Counted from the first letter of the stretch, positions 37,376 through 48,545 are shown. The stretch: 64,000 nucleotides of DNA from Myxococcales bacterium (GCA_050942745.1 JBMNNX010000001.1:22938-86937); one strand, 5' to 3'. The notes: a model not told the origin generated them from the letters alone. Made by a program: numbers and translations.

Positions 37376-37466
37376 TCAAGGCCACAGCCGGCCAACGGGC
37401 CGGTCTCTCGCTCGGGGTGACCGGAGAGGAGGCTCTTGCTCCTCGGCGCAGTCGCTCAAGTCCGCT

Positions 37467-38504
37467 TCAGGCTCCGCGCGAAGAACCGCTCGTTGCCTGC
37501 GCTTCGAGAAGCTCGAGCGCCTCCGCGACCACCTGCTGCGAGTCGAGCCTCTGCAGACAGTCGTGATGGCCGAGCGGACAGCGCTTGGTGCCGTGGTTCG
37601 AGCACGGGCTGCAGCCGAGGTCGAGCCGCACGACGCGCGAACGCTCGGAAAGAGGCCCCCAGCGCCTCGGACTCGTGGGGCCGAAGACGGCGACGACCGG
37701 GACGCCGAGCGCCGAGGCGATATGCGCCGGCCCGGAGTCGCCGGTGACGACGAGCGCGCAACGGGCTATCGCCGCGGCCAGGCCGCCGACCGACAGCGCC
37801 GAAGTGTCGCTGGAGACCGTACCCGCCGGGAGCTGGGCGCGGACCGCCGCGAACACCGACTGCTCCGCGGCGCCGCCGATGAGCAGCGGCTGGACGCCCC
37901 GCTCGACGAGCCGCGAGGCGACCTGCGCGAACCTCTCGGCGGGCCAACGCTTCGTCTCCCAGCGCGCGCCCGGCGCGATACCGACGAGCCGACCCGCTGG
38001 CAGCGAGGCGGCCTCCGCCACCATTTCGCTCGTCAGGTGAAGCTCCAGCTCGCGCCCCGCGGGCTCGACGCCCAGCGGCCGCAGCGCCTCGAGGAAGAGG
38101 TCGACCGCGTGCGCGGAGACGAGCGGCGGGTCGCGGCCGAGTAGCGCGAGCAGCGCCTTGCCGAGGCTGCGCTTGCGTATCGCGACGGCGCGCCGTCCGC
38201 TCGAGCGCAGGTACCAGGTCTTCGGCTTGCCCTGCAGGTCCACGACGAGGTCGTAGTCGCGCTCGCAAAGCTCGGTGCGCAACCGCCGCAGGCCCGAGGC
38301 ACCGGCGTGCCTGCCGCGCTTCTCGTAGGCGATCGCGCGCACGTGCGGATTGGCGGCGACGAGCGGCAGGTAGGGCTGCTCGACGAGCCAGTCGATCTCA
38401 GCTTCGGGGAAGCGCCGCTTCAGCGCCCGCGCCGCCGGCGTGGCGAGCAGCACGTCGCCGAGCGCGGTCAGCCGGACGAAGAGGATGCGGCGCGGAGGGC
38501 TCAC
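37467..38504 (-). CDS. GT9-family glycosyltransferase (LPS heptosyltransferase-like)
   Basis: Start set at GTG 38502-38504 (GTGA overlap with the waaA stop). ...RILFVRLTALGDVLLATPAARALKRRFP...IDWLV... and C-terminal TGDSGPAHIASALGVPVVAVFGPTSP. Confidence 0.75.
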   Translation of the reverse strand: MSPPRRILFVRLTALGDVLLATPAARALKRRFPEAEIDWLVEQPYLPLVAANPHVRAIAYEKRGRHAGASGLRRLRTELCERDYDLVVDLQGKPKTWYLRSSGRRAVAIRKRSLGKALLALLGRDPPLVSAHAVDLFLEALRPLGVEPAGRELELHLTSEMVAEAASLPAGRLVGIAPGARWETKRWPAERFAQVASRLVERGVQPLLIGGAAEQSVFAAVRAQLPAGTVSSDTSALSVGGLAAAIARCALVVTGDSGPAHIASALGVPVVAVFGPTSPRRWGPLSERSRVVRLDLGCSPCSNHGTKRCPLGHHDCLQRLDSQQVVAEALELLEAQATSGSSRGA

Positions 38505-39838
38505 GGCTGGCCGCTCACTTTGAGGCGCGCGGCGTCGGCTTCTGCCCCCGCCCTGCCGTTCTCGCCGTTGCGGCGCTCGAGCAGCCGGGCCATCAGCGCC
38601 ACGTTGCGCGCGCTCGCGCCGCGGATCTGCGAGACCGCGGTGCGGGCAAGCTCGCCGAGCTCCTTCATCTTCTCCGGCCGCGCGAACAGCTCGCTCGCCA
38701 CGCGGTAAAGGTGATCGGCGTCCTTGACCTGGATGCCGCCGCGGCCGACGAGCACCTGCACGCTGTCGTGGAAGTTGTCCATGTTCGGCCCGAAGAGGAC
38801 CGGCCGGCCCTGCGCGGCGGGCTCGAGGATGTTCTGGCCTCCGCGGCTGGTGAACGATCCGCCGACGAAGACCAGGGTCCCGAGCCGGTAGGCGAGCGAC
38901 AACTCGCCGATGGTGTCGAGCACCGCGACCCGCGGCGGCTCGGCGGGCGGGTCCTTGTCGGTGCGCATGCGCACGCTCAAGCCGGCCGCCTCGGCCATCG
39001 CCTTCACCTTCGCAGCCCGCTCGATGTAGCGCGGGGCGAGCACGAGCCGCAGCTCGGGCTGGTCCTTGAGCAGGCGCTTGAAGACCTCGATGAGCACCGG
39101 CTCCTCGCCCTCGTGCGTCGAGCCGCCGATGAAGATGGGCGCGCCCTGGGGAAAACCGAAGGCCCTGAGCAGCGCCTCGTCGTTGGCGCTCGCCGAGCCG
39201 CCGGACAGCAGCGCGTCGAACTTGGTGTTGCCGGTCACCCAGACCCGGTCCATGCGCGCCCCGAGCCGCAGCACGCGCTCGGCCTCCTGGTCCTCGCGCA
39301 TCAGGAAGAGATCGATGCTCTGCAGCGGGTCGCCGGCAAGCGAGAAGAGCGCCCGGTACGAGCCCAGGTGCGCGGGTGCGAAGCGCCCGTTGGTCAGCGC
39401 GATCTTCGCCCCGTGCTTGCGGGCGGCGCGGATGAGGTTGGGCCAAATCTCGGTGTACTCGAGGACGAGCAGGTCCGGGTCTATCGCCTTGACCGCGCGG
39501 CGCGTGGCGCCCGGCAGGTCCCAGGGCACGAAGGTGACCGCGTCGACGTCCTTGATGCGCTCCTTGGCCATCAGGTAGCCGGAGTTGGTCAGCGTCGAGA
39601 GGATGATGGTGCAGCCGGGGAAACGCTCCCGGAAGTGGCGCACCATGGGCGAGACCGAGAGCAGATCACCGGCCGAGGCGCCGTGCAGCCAGATTCGCGG
39701 ACGGCCGCCGGGGAAGGCGCCGCGCGGGTGGAGGGCGAACCGCGCGCGCATGCCCGAGCGCGTCTTCGAGTGCAGCGCGATGATCGGGAAGATGAGGACG
39801 AAGAGAAGACTGAACGCGATGGTGTAGAGAAGCGGCAT
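38501..39838 (-). CDS. waaA: 3-deoxy-D-manno-octulosonic acid (Kdo) transferase
   Basis: Start re-set to ATG 39836-39838 (445 aa). N-terminal TM helix, then IWLHGASAGD...TNSG...EIWPNLI...GGSF...GGQNILEPAA.G.PV..GP.M.NF. Confidence 0.8.
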   Translation of the reverse strand: MPLLYTIAFSLLFVLIFPIIALHSKTRSGMRARFALHPRGAFPGGRPRIWLHGASAGDLLSVSPMVRHFRERFPGCTIILSTLTNSGYLMAKERIKDVDAVTFVPWDLPGATRRAVKAIDPDLLVLEYTEIWPNLIRAARKHGAKIALTNGRFAPAHLGSYRALFSLAGDPLQSIDLFLMREDQEAERVLRLGARMDRVWVTGNTKFDALLSGGSASANDEALLRAFGFPQGAPIFIGGSTHEGEEPVLIEVFKRLLKDQPELRLVLAPRYIERAAKVKAMAEAAGLSVRMRTDKDPPAEPPRVAVLDTIGELSLAYRLGTLVFVGGSFTSRGGQNILEPAAQGRPVLFGPNMDNFHDSVQVLVGRGGIQVKDADHLYRVASELFARPEKMKELGELARTAVSQIRGASARNVALMARLLERRNGENGRAGAEADAARLKVSGQP

Positions 39839-39974
39839 CTTCCCTTGCTCGAGTCTGGCTGGTTGCGCCCCCCTTTTAGTCGAGTCGTGAACCATCCGCC
39901 AGCGGCGGCGGTGGCGAGACCCGGGAAGTCGATGCTTCGGCGACCGAACGGCGTGCCGGGACGATCATGTTCGC

Positions 39975-40190
39975 CCGTGCGGCGGCCCGCGCACCCCTTC
40001 CGAAGCCTCCGGCTCCCGCGCGCGGCTCGCCGAGCGCCCTTTCCGAGCGTCCGGATCGCCCCTGCGGCGGCCCGAACGCCCCTTCCACAGCGTCCGGAAC
40101 CCTTGCGCGGCTTGCCGAGCGCGCGATTTCCAGACACCGAATCACCCGCGCGGCGATTGAACGGTTCATCCAACCCGGGCCGCGTGCGGC
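39975..40190. repeat. about five diverged tandem units of about 42-43 bp
   Basis: gcggcggcccgcgcaccccttccgaagcctccgg / gcgcggctcgccgagcgccctttccgagcgtccgg / gcggcggcccgaacgccccttccacagcgtccgg / gcgcggcttgccgagcgcgcgatttccagacaccg, and so on. Located in the waaA-M23 intergenic region. Confidence 0.6.
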
Positions 40191-40347
40191 CCCGCCGCCA
40201 TGTACGGGGCCGCCGTTCATGGTCACAGCCGGTCAAAGGGCCGCCATCACACTCGGGTTGACCGGAGCTCGCCCGAGCCGCTCGGGCAAGAGCGGAAAGA
40301 GCTCAGGCGCATCGAGGCCAGCCGGACGCGTGGGACAGCGGCGTCGC

Positions 40348-40977
40348 CTACCGCTGCGCCTGGAGCTGGGCAGACTTCGGGCTTCGGGTCTGCGAGACGA
40401 CGACGGTCTTCGCCTTCGGATCGCCGTGGACCCGGAAGGTCGCCGGCACCGACTGGTTCGCCCAATGCCTCCCGCTCTTCTGGAGCTGGAAGTGCAGGTG
40501 TGAGCCGCAGGAGAAGCCGGTCGAGCCGACCGTGCCGAGGAGCTGTCCGGCCTTCACCCTCTGGCCGGGCCGCACGAAGACCTTGGAGAAGTGCAGGTAC
40601 TGCGTCTCGTAGCCGCTCTCATGCGAGAGGATGACGTAGTTGGCCCACGGGCCGGCCTCGCGGAAGCAGCCGCCCTGCGTCGAGTCGCCGCGCGCCAGGC
40701 GCACGACGCCGTCGTGGGCGGCGACGACCGGGGCACCTTCGGGGGCTCGGAAGTCCCAGCCCCAGTGGTCGCGCCCGACGTGGCTGAAGGTGCCGTGGGC
40801 CTGCGAGACTTCGACCTCTATCCCGTAGGGAAACGGCAGCTCCAGCTCGACGCCGGTCGGCTGCATCTCCTCCGCGGGGACGGGCGGCTCGCCCCACTGC
40901 GCCATTGCGGGCGCTGCTGCTCCGAGCGCCAGTGCCACGACGCCCAGCCTTAGTGTGTGAAGTACGTGCGGTTTCAT
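40348..40977 (-). CDS. M23-family (LytM-type) metallopeptidase, exported
   Basis: Start re-set to ATG 40975-40977. Signal peptide MKPHVLHTLRLGVVALALGAAAPAMA. H..GWDF, ...HDG.V... and GSTGFSCGSHLHFQL motifs. Confidence 0.8.
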   Translation of the reverse strand: MKPHVLHTLRLGVVALALGAAAPAMAQWGEPPVPAEEMQPTGVELELPFPYGIEVEVSQAHGTFSHVGRDHWGWDFRAPEGAPVVAAHDGVVRLARGDSTQGGCFREAGPWANYVILSHESGYETQYLHFSKVFVRPGQRVKAGQLLGTVGSTGFSCGSHLHFQLQKSGRHWANQSVPATFRVHGDPKAKTVVVSQTRSPKSAQLQAQR

Positions 40978-41106
40978 ATCGAGGGCTCCCAACAGGCGCC
41001 CCCGTGAAGCGATTCCGCGTAAGCCTGCGAAATCACTTCATGAACGGGGACCGGGCCCTCGAACCGGTGCGATGAGCGAAAGGGGCTTGGACGGCCGCCG
41101 AGGCGC

Positions 41107-41913
41107 TCAGCCGGCGACGTGCTCGCCGCCGTCGACGCCCAGCACGTTGCCGGTCAACCAGGCCGTCGAGCCGTTGGCGATGGTGGCGACGAGCTTGGCG
41201 ACGTCCTCGGGCGTGGTCAGGCGCCGGAAGGGATTGCGGCGGAGGGCCTGCTCGATGAGCGCCTCGCAGCCGGGGATCTTCCGCAGGGCCGGGGTGTCGG
41301 TGACGCCGGCGCGGACGGCGTTGACGCAGATGCCGGCCGGCGCGAGCTCGACGGCGAGCTGCCGGCAGTACGCCTCGAGCGCGGCCTTGGCGGCCGAGAC
41401 GGCGCCGTAGCCAGGCCAGGCGATGCTCGAGCCCTCCGAGGTCATCGCGAAGATGTGGCCGCCCGGGGGCATCAGCTTCGCGCGGACAATCTCCTGGGCC
41501 CAGTAGACGAGCGAGTTGGCCATCACGTCGAGGGTCATCTCGAGCTGCGACTGGGTGATGCAGTCGCCGCCCTCCGGCGGGCAGAGCGGCTTGAGAGTGC
41601 CAAAGGCCAGGGAGTGGAAGAGCACCTTCAGGCCGGACGGCTGGCCCTCGGCGCGCAGCTTCTGGGCGAGGTGCTGAATCACCTCGTGGCGCTTGTTGGC
41701 GTCCGCGGCATTGACGTTGAAGAAATCGGCCTGCCGGCCGAGAGCCCGCACGTCGGCCTGGACCTTTTCGGCCAGCGGCATCGTGGTCTTCCGGTCGAGG
41801 TGGACGCCGACGATGTCGTAGCCGCTTCGGGCGAGCTCCAACGCGGTCGCGGCGCCAAAACCGCTCGACGCCCCAAGGATCAGGGCCCACCCGCTGCGTG
41901 ACGATTCGCTCAT
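41107..41913 (-). CDS. SDR-family oxidoreductase with an enoyl-ACP-reductase-like Y-x6-K active site
   Basis: Nucleotide-binding motif LILGASSGFG. YGAVSAAK (Y-x6-K spacing as in FabI/FabL-type reductases). ATG with GGAGG upstream. Confidence 0.65.
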   Translation of the reverse strand: MSESSRSGWALILGASSGFGAATALELARSGYDIVGVHLDRKTTMPLAEKVQADVRALGRQADFFNVNAADANKRHEVIQHLAQKLRAEGQPSGLKVLFHSLAFGTLKPLCPPEGGDCITQSQLEMTLDVMANSLVYWAQEIVRAKLMPPGGHIFAMTSEGSSIAWPGYGAVSAAKAALEAYCRQLAVELAPAGICVNAVRAGVTDTPALRKIPGCEALIEQALRRNPFRRLTTPEDVAKLVATIANGSTAWLTGNVLGVDGGEHVAG

Positions 41914-42192
41914 CTGCTCGCCTCCGGTCGAAGCCCGGTTCGGGCGGCCTCACTGCCTTTCAGTGGCGCGAGGCCGGCACTTTCCCTGCGGCCGGGCGGC
42001 TCGGGCGGCGGATCCTAGTGAGCACGGCCCACCCTGTAAAGGGGCACTCGAGCACTGCGAGCAAAGACGACAGACGCCAAGCTGCCTCTCCACAAGGGCC
42101 TGTGCGCTGGTATATCCTCTTCGTGTTTGCGCGGTTTGAATCGTTCGTGGCCTCCTGCGGCAGGAGGCGTCTCGCTGCGACAAGGAGCTGAA

Positions 42193-42852
42193 ATGAAGTC
42201 GACCGTTCGCACCGTGGCAGGGATGGCCTGCGCAGTGCTCATCCTTGGCTGCCCGAAAGCGGAGACACCGCCTCCGCCCCCGGCGCCGGTCGCGACCCCT
42301 ACCGAACCGCCGGCTCCCGAGGAGCCGCAGCGCAAAGAGCCGCAGCGCCTGAAGTGGCGGCCGGGGCTGGTGCCGACGAGCGAGGAGGCCGACTTCGCCC
42401 TGAGCCTGGGCAAGATGCTGTTCGAACAGGCGAATTTCGAAGAGGCCGAGGAGCAGCTCCGAATCGCCTCGGCCGGCGGCAAGAGCGAAGCCGACGGGCT
42501 GCTGCTGCGCGCCCGGGCCGAGATCGAAGCGAAGAAGAAGCTGGCCGCAGCCCGGCAAGCGCTCCAGGAGAAGGACTACGCCAAGGCCCGCCAGGAGTTC
42601 GACTCCATTCCCGCCGGGAGCGTGTTGAGCGCGGTCGCCCAGCAGATCGCCGAGGAGATCGAAGAAGCGCACGCGCGCAGGGAGCAGGAGTTCGAGGAGA
42701 AGGCGATCGCGGCGGTCAACGCCGAGCTACAGCCGAAAGCGCCGAGAGTCCCGAAGGCCAAGTCCGACGGGGGCATCGAAATAATCGCGGGCGATCCGAC
42801 TCACCAGGAGTCAGACGAAGAGGAGGAGCCGACGCCCGACGAGCCGGAGTAG
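42193..42852 (+). CDS. lipoprotein with a helical/TPR-like region and an acidic tail
   Basis: Start re-set to ATG 42193 (AAGGAG at 42182-42187). Lipobox AVLILGC. Confidence 0.6.
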   Translation: MKSTVRTVAGMACAVLILGCPKAETPPPPPAPVATPTEPPAPEEPQRKEPQRLKWRPGLVPTSEEADFALSLGKMLFEQANFEEAEEQLRIASAGGKSEADGLLLRARAEIEAKKKLAAARQALQEKDYAKARQEFDSIPAGSVLSAVAQQIAEEIEEAHARREQEFEEKAIAAVNAELQPKAPRVPKAKSDGGIEIIAGDPTHQESDEEEEPTPDEPE

Positions 42853-43104
42853 CCCGTCCGGCAAGGCCCCGCCTCGACCCGACGAGCGGGTGCCCATCAG
42901 CTCGATGACTTCGGGGCCGCTGGTCGACTCCTGCACCCGAGCCGGCCGGGGCTCGGGTTCCTGCCCTCGAAGCCAGCTGCCCGACGAAGGCCCGGACCTT
43001 GTCGAGGTGCACGGGGTGGCCGGGCCGTGCCGATGTCCAAACGGGCAGGCGCGCCTTCGACGGCCTCTTGTGCTCGGCAAACCGCGAGCGTTACTAATCG
43101 CGTC

Positions 43105-44142
43105 ATGGAGGAGTTGGCGCCTCGGCAGCGGGAAATTCTCAGGGCGATCGTCCTCGAGCACATCGACACGGGCGAGCCAGTCGGCAGCTCGTCCATCGCG
43201 CGGCGCGACGTGGCGGTCTCCTCGGCGACCGTGCGCGCGGTGATGGCCGATCTCGAAGAGCTCGGGCTGCTCGAGAAGCCGCACACCTCGGCCGGGCGCG
43301 TCCCGACTGAGCGGGGCTACCGCTACTACGTCGACGCGCTCGTGAAGGTGCGCCAGCCCTCGCGCCCGGAGCGCGACCTCATCGAGCAGCGGCTTCCCCA
43401 AGCGGGCGCGGTCGACGACATGCTGCGCGAGAGCTCGCGGCTGCTCTCCTCGCTGTCGCGCTACGCGGCGGTCGTCACCTCGCCGCAGGCCACGCGCGCG
43501 GCGTGGGAGCGCATCGAGTTCGTTCGCCTGAACGAGAACCGCGTGCTCGCCGTGCTCATCAATCCGGCGTTAATCGTGCGCAACCGCCTGCTGACGCTCG
43601 ACTTCCCCGTGTCGGCCGGCGAGCTGGCCGACGCCGCGGCCTGGATCAACGAGCTGCTGCGCGAGGGGCCTGCCGAGACCCTGCGTGAGCGCATCCTCGC
43701 GCAGATGAGCCGCGACCGCTCCGAGTACGACGCGCTGGTCGCCAAGGCGGCCACTCTCGGCTGCCGCATCTGCGACGACGCGCCCGACAAGGAGATCCTC
43801 ATCGACGGAAAGCAGTCTTTCTTCGAGGCCCCGGAGTTCTCCGACACGCGGCGGCTGCGCGAGCTGTTCGTCGCCCTCGAGGAGAAGTCGAAGCTGCTCG
43901 CGGTGCTCGACCGGACTCTGGGCGCCAACGAGGTGAAGATCTTTATCGGCACCGACACCGAGTTCTCCGCTTCGACGGGCGCCGCGGTCGTCGCCGCCCG
44001 GTACGCCACCGGGACCGGCGTGGTCGGCTCCATCGGCGTCATCGGTCCGACGCGCATGGACTACGCGCGGGCCATCGCGCTCGTCGACTACACAGCCCGC
44101 GCCGTCTCGCGATTGCTGCAGGAAGACAGCGCCCGGCCGTAG
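43105..44142 (+). CDS. hrcA: heat-inducible transcription repressor HrcA
   Basis: Start re-set to ATG 43105. LAPRQREILRAIVLEHIDTGEPVGSSSIAR....SSATVRAVMADLEELGLLEKPHTSAGRVPTERGYRYYVD. Confidence 0.9.
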   Translation: MEELAPRQREILRAIVLEHIDTGEPVGSSSIARRDVAVSSATVRAVMADLEELGLLEKPHTSAGRVPTERGYRYYVDALVKVRQPSRPERDLIEQRLPQAGAVDDMLRESSRLLSSLSRYAAVVTSPQATRAAWERIEFVRLNENRVLAVLINPALIVRNRLLTLDFPVSAGELADAAAWINELLREGPAETLRERILAQMSRDRSEYDALVAKAATLGCRICDDAPDKEILIDGKQSFFEAPEFSDTRRLRELFVALEEKSKLLAVLDRTLGANEVKIFIGTDTEFSASTGAAVVAARYATGTGVVGSIGVIGPTRMDYARAIALVDYTARAVSRLLQEDSARP

Positions 44143-44274
44143 GCCGAAAGGCGCTCGCGCTGCGTCGCTCCTGGCCCGGCCGCCGAGGGCTGCGGCCCGA
44201 ACGCTCAGCTTCGCTACCCTTCCCGGCGGTCTCTTGTAGTATTTTGTCCGCTTCACTGCTTGAAGGAGCGCGCT

Positions 44275-45276
44275 TTGTCCGACCGGAAAGAAAACCCGCT
44301 GGCCACCAACATCGCGGACGACGTGATCGCGAGGGCGCTCGAGAGCGTTGAGCGACACGCCAAGCCGGCCAATGAGGCCGAGCCGGCGGCCCAGGAGCCC
44401 GCCGAGCTGCCGCCGCGGGCCGAGGAGGCGCCGGCGGCCGCCGCGGAGCCGGCCGACTCGCAGGCCGAGGTGAAGAAGCTCCTCGACGAGATCCGCGGGC
44501 TGAAGAGCGATCTGCTCGAAGCCCGGCAGGCGCTGCGCCAACGCGAGGCCGAGCTCGAGGCGAGCCAGGCGATGGGCCGCAAGACGATGGATCAGCTTCG
44601 CGAGCAGCACGAGCGCCTGCTGCGCGCCGCCGCCGACCTCGAGAACTTCAAGAAGCGCGCGGCCCGCGAGCGCGAGGAGGCGAACAAGTTCGGTCAGGAG
44701 AAGCTGCTGCGCGAGCTGCTGCCTATCGGCGACAACCTGGACCGCGCGCTCGAGCACGCCAGGTCGCCCTCGGACTTCGAGGGCCTCAAGACGGGCATCC
44801 AGATGACCCGCAGGCTCTTCGACAACACGCTCGCCAAGTTTGGCGCCAAGGGCTTCTCGGCCGTCGGCAAGCCGTTCGATCCCAATCTGCACGAGGCGAT
44901 GCAGGTGGTCGAATCCGACGAGGCGCCGAGCACGGTGCTCCAGGAGATGGTGTGCGGCTACATGCTGCACGATCGGTTGATGAGGCCGGCGATGGTGATC
45001 GTCGCGAAGGCCAAGCCCGCCGCTGCGCCGCAGCCTGCCGCAGCCGAGCAGCCTGCCGCAGCCGAGCAGCCTGCCGCAGCCGAGCAGCCTGCCGCAGCCG
45101 AGCAGCCTGCCGCAGCCGAGCAGCCTGCCGAGCAAGCGTCGGCCGAGAGGCCGCGCGAGCAGGAGTCCGAGGCCGGGGCTGCCGAATCGGCAGCAGCGGC
45201 CGAGCAGACGAGCGCACCTGAGCCCGCCGAGACCGCGGATGCGGCGCGCGGAGGGAAGAGCGCGATCGAGGAGTAG
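44275..45276 (+). CDS. grpE: nucleotide exchange factor GrpE with a long low-complexity C-terminal tail
   Basis: DLENFKKRAAREREEANKFGQEKLLRELLPIGDNLDRAL. The likely start is TTG 44275, 6 nt after AAGGAG (44263-44268). TTG 44260 is the alternative. Confidence 0.85.
   Translation: MSDRKENPLATNIADDVIARALESVERHAKPANEAEPAAQEPAELPPRAEEAPAAAAEPADSQAEVKKLLDEIRGLKSDLLEARQALRQREAELEASQAMGRKTMDQLREQHERLLRAAADLENFKKRAAREREEANKFGQEKLLRELLPIGDNLDRALEHARSPSDFEGLKTGIQMTRRLFDNTLAKFGAKGFSAVGKPFDPNLHEAMQVVESDEAPSTVLQEMVCGYMLHDRLMRPAMVIVAKAKPAAAPQPAAAEQPAAAEQPAAAEQPAAAEQPAAAEQPAEQASAERPREQESEAGAAESAAAAEQTSAPEPAETADAARGGKSAIEE
45031..45132 (+). repeat. five perfect 18-bp tandem repeats plus a partial sixth, inside grpE (encodes QPAAAE x5)
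   Basis: cagcctgccgcagccgag repeated exactly at 45031, 45049, 45067, 45085 and 45103. The partial copy starts at 45121. Confidence 0.95.
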
Positions 45277-45370
45277 GTCCTTGCTGATAAGCTACCGTCC
45301 GAGTCAGGGCGAGGGGGCAACCCTATGCGCAGACCGTCTTGCCCCAGGACACCTCACGTAGGGTACGCAC

Positions 45371-47212
<1,842 letters not shown>

Positions 47213-47237
47213 CCCCCGGTCCCAACTCGAATTTCTC

Positions 47238-47284
47238 GCCCTCTGCGGCCGCCACCCGGCCTGCCCGCAGAGGGCCGTTTTCTT
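47238..47284 (+). terminator. rho-independent terminator after dnaK
   Basis: GCCCTCTGCGG (47238-47248) - 16 nt - CCGCAGAGGGC (47265-47275), followed by CGTTTTCTT. Confidence 0.75.
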
Positions 47285-47296
47285 CCCCCGGCCAGA

Positions 47297-47324
47297 TTGC
47301 CAAGTGAATTCCGTGCGTTATATT
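47297..47324 (+). promoter_or_regulatory. candidate sigma70-type promoter for dnaJ
   Basis: TTGCCA (47297-47302), 16 nt, TATATT (47319-47324). It is an isolated AT-rich hexamer in GC-rich DNA, about 85 nt upstream of the dnaJ ATG. Confidence 0.5.
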
Positions 47325-47409
47325 CGCGCGGCCACTTACGGAGGGGGGCATTCACGAAGCAGAGCGCGCTCGCGAGCGTGCTGGACGATCGGCAGCCCTA
47401 CGGACGACC

Positions 47410-48540
47410 ATGAACGCAGCATCCAAGCGCGACTATTACGAGGTTCTCGGCGTCGAGCGAAACGCCAGCCCGCAGGACATCAAGAGCGCCTACCGCAAGG
47501 CGGCTTTGAAGTACCACCCGGACAAGAACCCGGGCGACAAGGAGGCTGAGGAGAAGTTCAAGGAGGCCTCGGAGGCCTACGCGGTCCTCTCCGACGCCCC
47601 AAAGCGGGCCCGCTACGACCAGTTCGGCCACGCCGGCATGGGCGCCAACCCCTTCGAGGGCTTCGGGGGCTTTGGCTACCACGGCTCGATCAACGACATC
47701 TTCTCGGACATCTTCTCGGAGATCTTCGGCACCCCGCGCGCTTCGCGCGGCCGCAGCCCCGGAGTGAGCCGCGGCGCCGACCTTCGCTACAACCTCGAGG
47801 TGAGCTTCGAGCAGGCGGTCTTCGGCTCCGAGGTGACCATCAAGGTGCCGCGCCCGAACCGCTGCGACGAGTGCAGCGGCTCTGGCGCTCGCCCGGGCAC
47901 CGGGTTCAAGACCTGTCCGACCTGCGGCGGCACCGGCGAGGTGCGCTTCTCCCAGGGCTTCTTCTCCATCTCGCGCACCTGCACCCATTGCGGAGGCGCC
48001 GGCCGCCTCCTGGCCGACCCCTGCCCCAAGTGCCGGGGCTCGGGCAAGGTCGCCTCGGAAGCGACCCTGACCGTCAAGGTGCCCCCGGGCGTTGACACCG
48101 GAACGCGCCTGAGGCTGTCCGGCGAGGGCGAGCCGGGCGAGGGCGGCGGGCCTTCGGGCGATCTCTACGTCGTCGTCCATGTCCGCGAGCACCCGCTGTT
48201 CCAGCGCGAAGACAACGAGATCTTCTGCGAGGTGCCCATCAGCTTCGTCGACGCGGCGCTCGGCGCCACCATCGACGTGCCCACGATCGAGGGCAGCACC
48301 AAGCTCAAAGTCCCCGCCGGCACGCAGAGCGGGAAGCTCTTCCGCCTCAAGGGCAAGGGCGTGCCCTCCCTCTCGGGCTACGGCCGCGGTGACCAGCACG
48401 TTCGCGTGGTCATCGAGACGCCGACCAACCTCTCCAAGGAGCAGAAGCGCCTGCTCGAGCAGTTCGCCGCCGCCTCCAGCCCCGACAGCCACCCTCAGAG
48501 CAAGAGCTTCTGGGAGAAGGTCAAGGAGTTGGTGCATTAG
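47410..48540 (+). CDS. dnaJ: co-chaperone DnaJ
   Basis: J-domain DYYEVLGV...[13 protein letters not shown]. Gly/Phe region. Four CxxCxGxG motifs ([32 protein letters not shown]). Confidence 0.95.
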   Translation: MNAASKRDYYEVLGVERNASPQDIKSAYRKAALKYHPDKNPGDKEAEEKFKEASEAYAVLSDAPKRARYDQFGHAGMGANPFEGFGGFGYHGSINDIFSDIFSEIFGTPRASRGRSPGVSRGADLRYNLEVSFEQAVFGSEVTIKVPRPNRCDECSGSGARPGTGFKTCPTCGGTGEVRFSQGFFSISRTCTHCGGAGRLLADPCPKCRGSGKVASEATLTVKVPPGVDTGTRLRLSGEGEPGEGGGPSGDLYVVVHVREHPLFQREDNEIFCEVPISFVDAALGATIDVPTIEGSTKLKVPAGTQSGKLFRLKGKGVPSLSGYGRGDQHVRVVIETPTNLSKEQKRLLEQFAAASSPDSHPQSKSFWEKVKELVH

Positions 48541-48545
48541 CGACG

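Noticed and set aside
43067-43097. A CIRCE-like string, CTTGTGCTCggcaaaccgcGAGCGTTACTAA, just upstream of hrcA.
   Set aside because: The two arms are complementary at only about 5 of 9 positions and match the TTAGCACTC/GAGTGCTAA consensus poorly.
45277-45370. Sigma32- or sigma70-type promoter candidates upstream of dnaK (CTTGCTG..., TTGCCC-N14-TAGGGT).
   Set aside because: The spacings are wrong (over 25 nt, or 14 nt) and the hexamers are weak. I make no supported promoter call.
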